The translations under genes and the position numbers were made by a program. A stretch of DNA of 64,000 bases from an uncultured Bacteroidota bacterium (GTDB lineage: Bacteria; Bacteroidota; Bacteroidia; Bacteroidales; JAAUTT01), in NCBI GenBank assembly GCA_963766305.1, contig CAVYAE010000078.1:6811-70810 (forward strand), written 5' to 3'. Shown one piece after another: positions 63,944 through 64,000 of this stretch. Position 1 is the stretch's first letter. Each line of letters starts with the position of its first letter. The notes below the pieces were generated by a model. It was given only the letters and a program-made list of their open reading frames with translations, was not told the DNA's origin and did no database searches.

Positions 63944-64000
63944 TAATATATTATAATAATAAGCATTATTCCCTGATTTGACCGGAACCCCTGACTACCC

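Overview
AT-rich window (about one-third GC by eye) that looks like a Bacteroidota chromosome. The taxonomic clues are a PorP/SprF gene next to a type-B T9SS C-terminal-domain protein, N-succinylornithine carbamoyltransferase (argF'), TAnnTTTG-type -7 boxes, and an atp operon without atpDC. All calls come from reading the ORF translations and the DNA by eye; no searches were run.

Layout:
- 1-10.9 kb: surface-glycan (O-antigen or capsule) locus with a methyltransferase, GT4/GT2/GT9-like transferases, a Wzy-like polymerase, an epimerase, a WecA-like initiating transferase and a CapD-like dehydratase.
- 11-28.8 kb: housekeeping genes. These are a SiaC-like protein, lhgO, a receiver protein, typA, yceD-rpmF-plsX-fabH, bactofilin, atpZ/I-BEFHAG, a PPi-type phosphofructokinase, and a carB broken by two frameshifts.
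- 29-34 kb: exbB and exbD, separated by a PorP/SprF gene plus a frameshifted T9SS cargo gene.
- 34-38.5 kb: an MFS transporter, argH and hemL.
- 39-61.3 kb: a large sulfur-assimilation and sulfur-trafficking island, described below.
- 61.5-63.7 kb: arginine genes (an M20 deacylase and argF'), followed by an unexplained GC-rich patch at the window edge.

Contents of the sulfur island:
- hemB, a cobA/hemD fusion, a short hemC, and cysI-cysJ (siroheme supply plus sulfite reductase).
- An uncharacterised five-gene module: orphan ABC ATPase, HypB-like GTPase, NifS-type cysteine desulfurase, an Fe-S protein and a three-Cys LarE-like PP-loop enzyme.
- A LuxR-type response regulator, a frameshifted trans-sulfuration PLP enzyme, and cysK.
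- A ThiS-DsrE-like fusion protein.
- A Family 2B (cNMP-domain) encapsulin shell followed by an N-terminally extended cysteine desulfurase cargo.
- A convergent metY - MoeB/ThiF E1 - TusA - JAMM operon.

Most interesting observations:
1. The encapsulated desulfurase is physically linked to a protein-thiocarboxylate (HcyS/CysO-type) pathway whose carrier is fused to a DsrE-like domain.
2. The five-gene NifS/LarE-like module.
3. An 18-bp palindrome, ATACC-N8-GGTAT, occurs as paired sites 23-24 bp apart in front of four sulfur operons and nowhere else that I noticed.
4. There are several structured tandem repeats inside the sulfur operons, and an A8 slippery run at the hemC/cobA junction.

Four, possibly five, reading-frame disruptions occur in 64 kb, several of them at homopolymers. 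Assembly indel errors therefore have to be excluded before any gene here is called a pseudogene.
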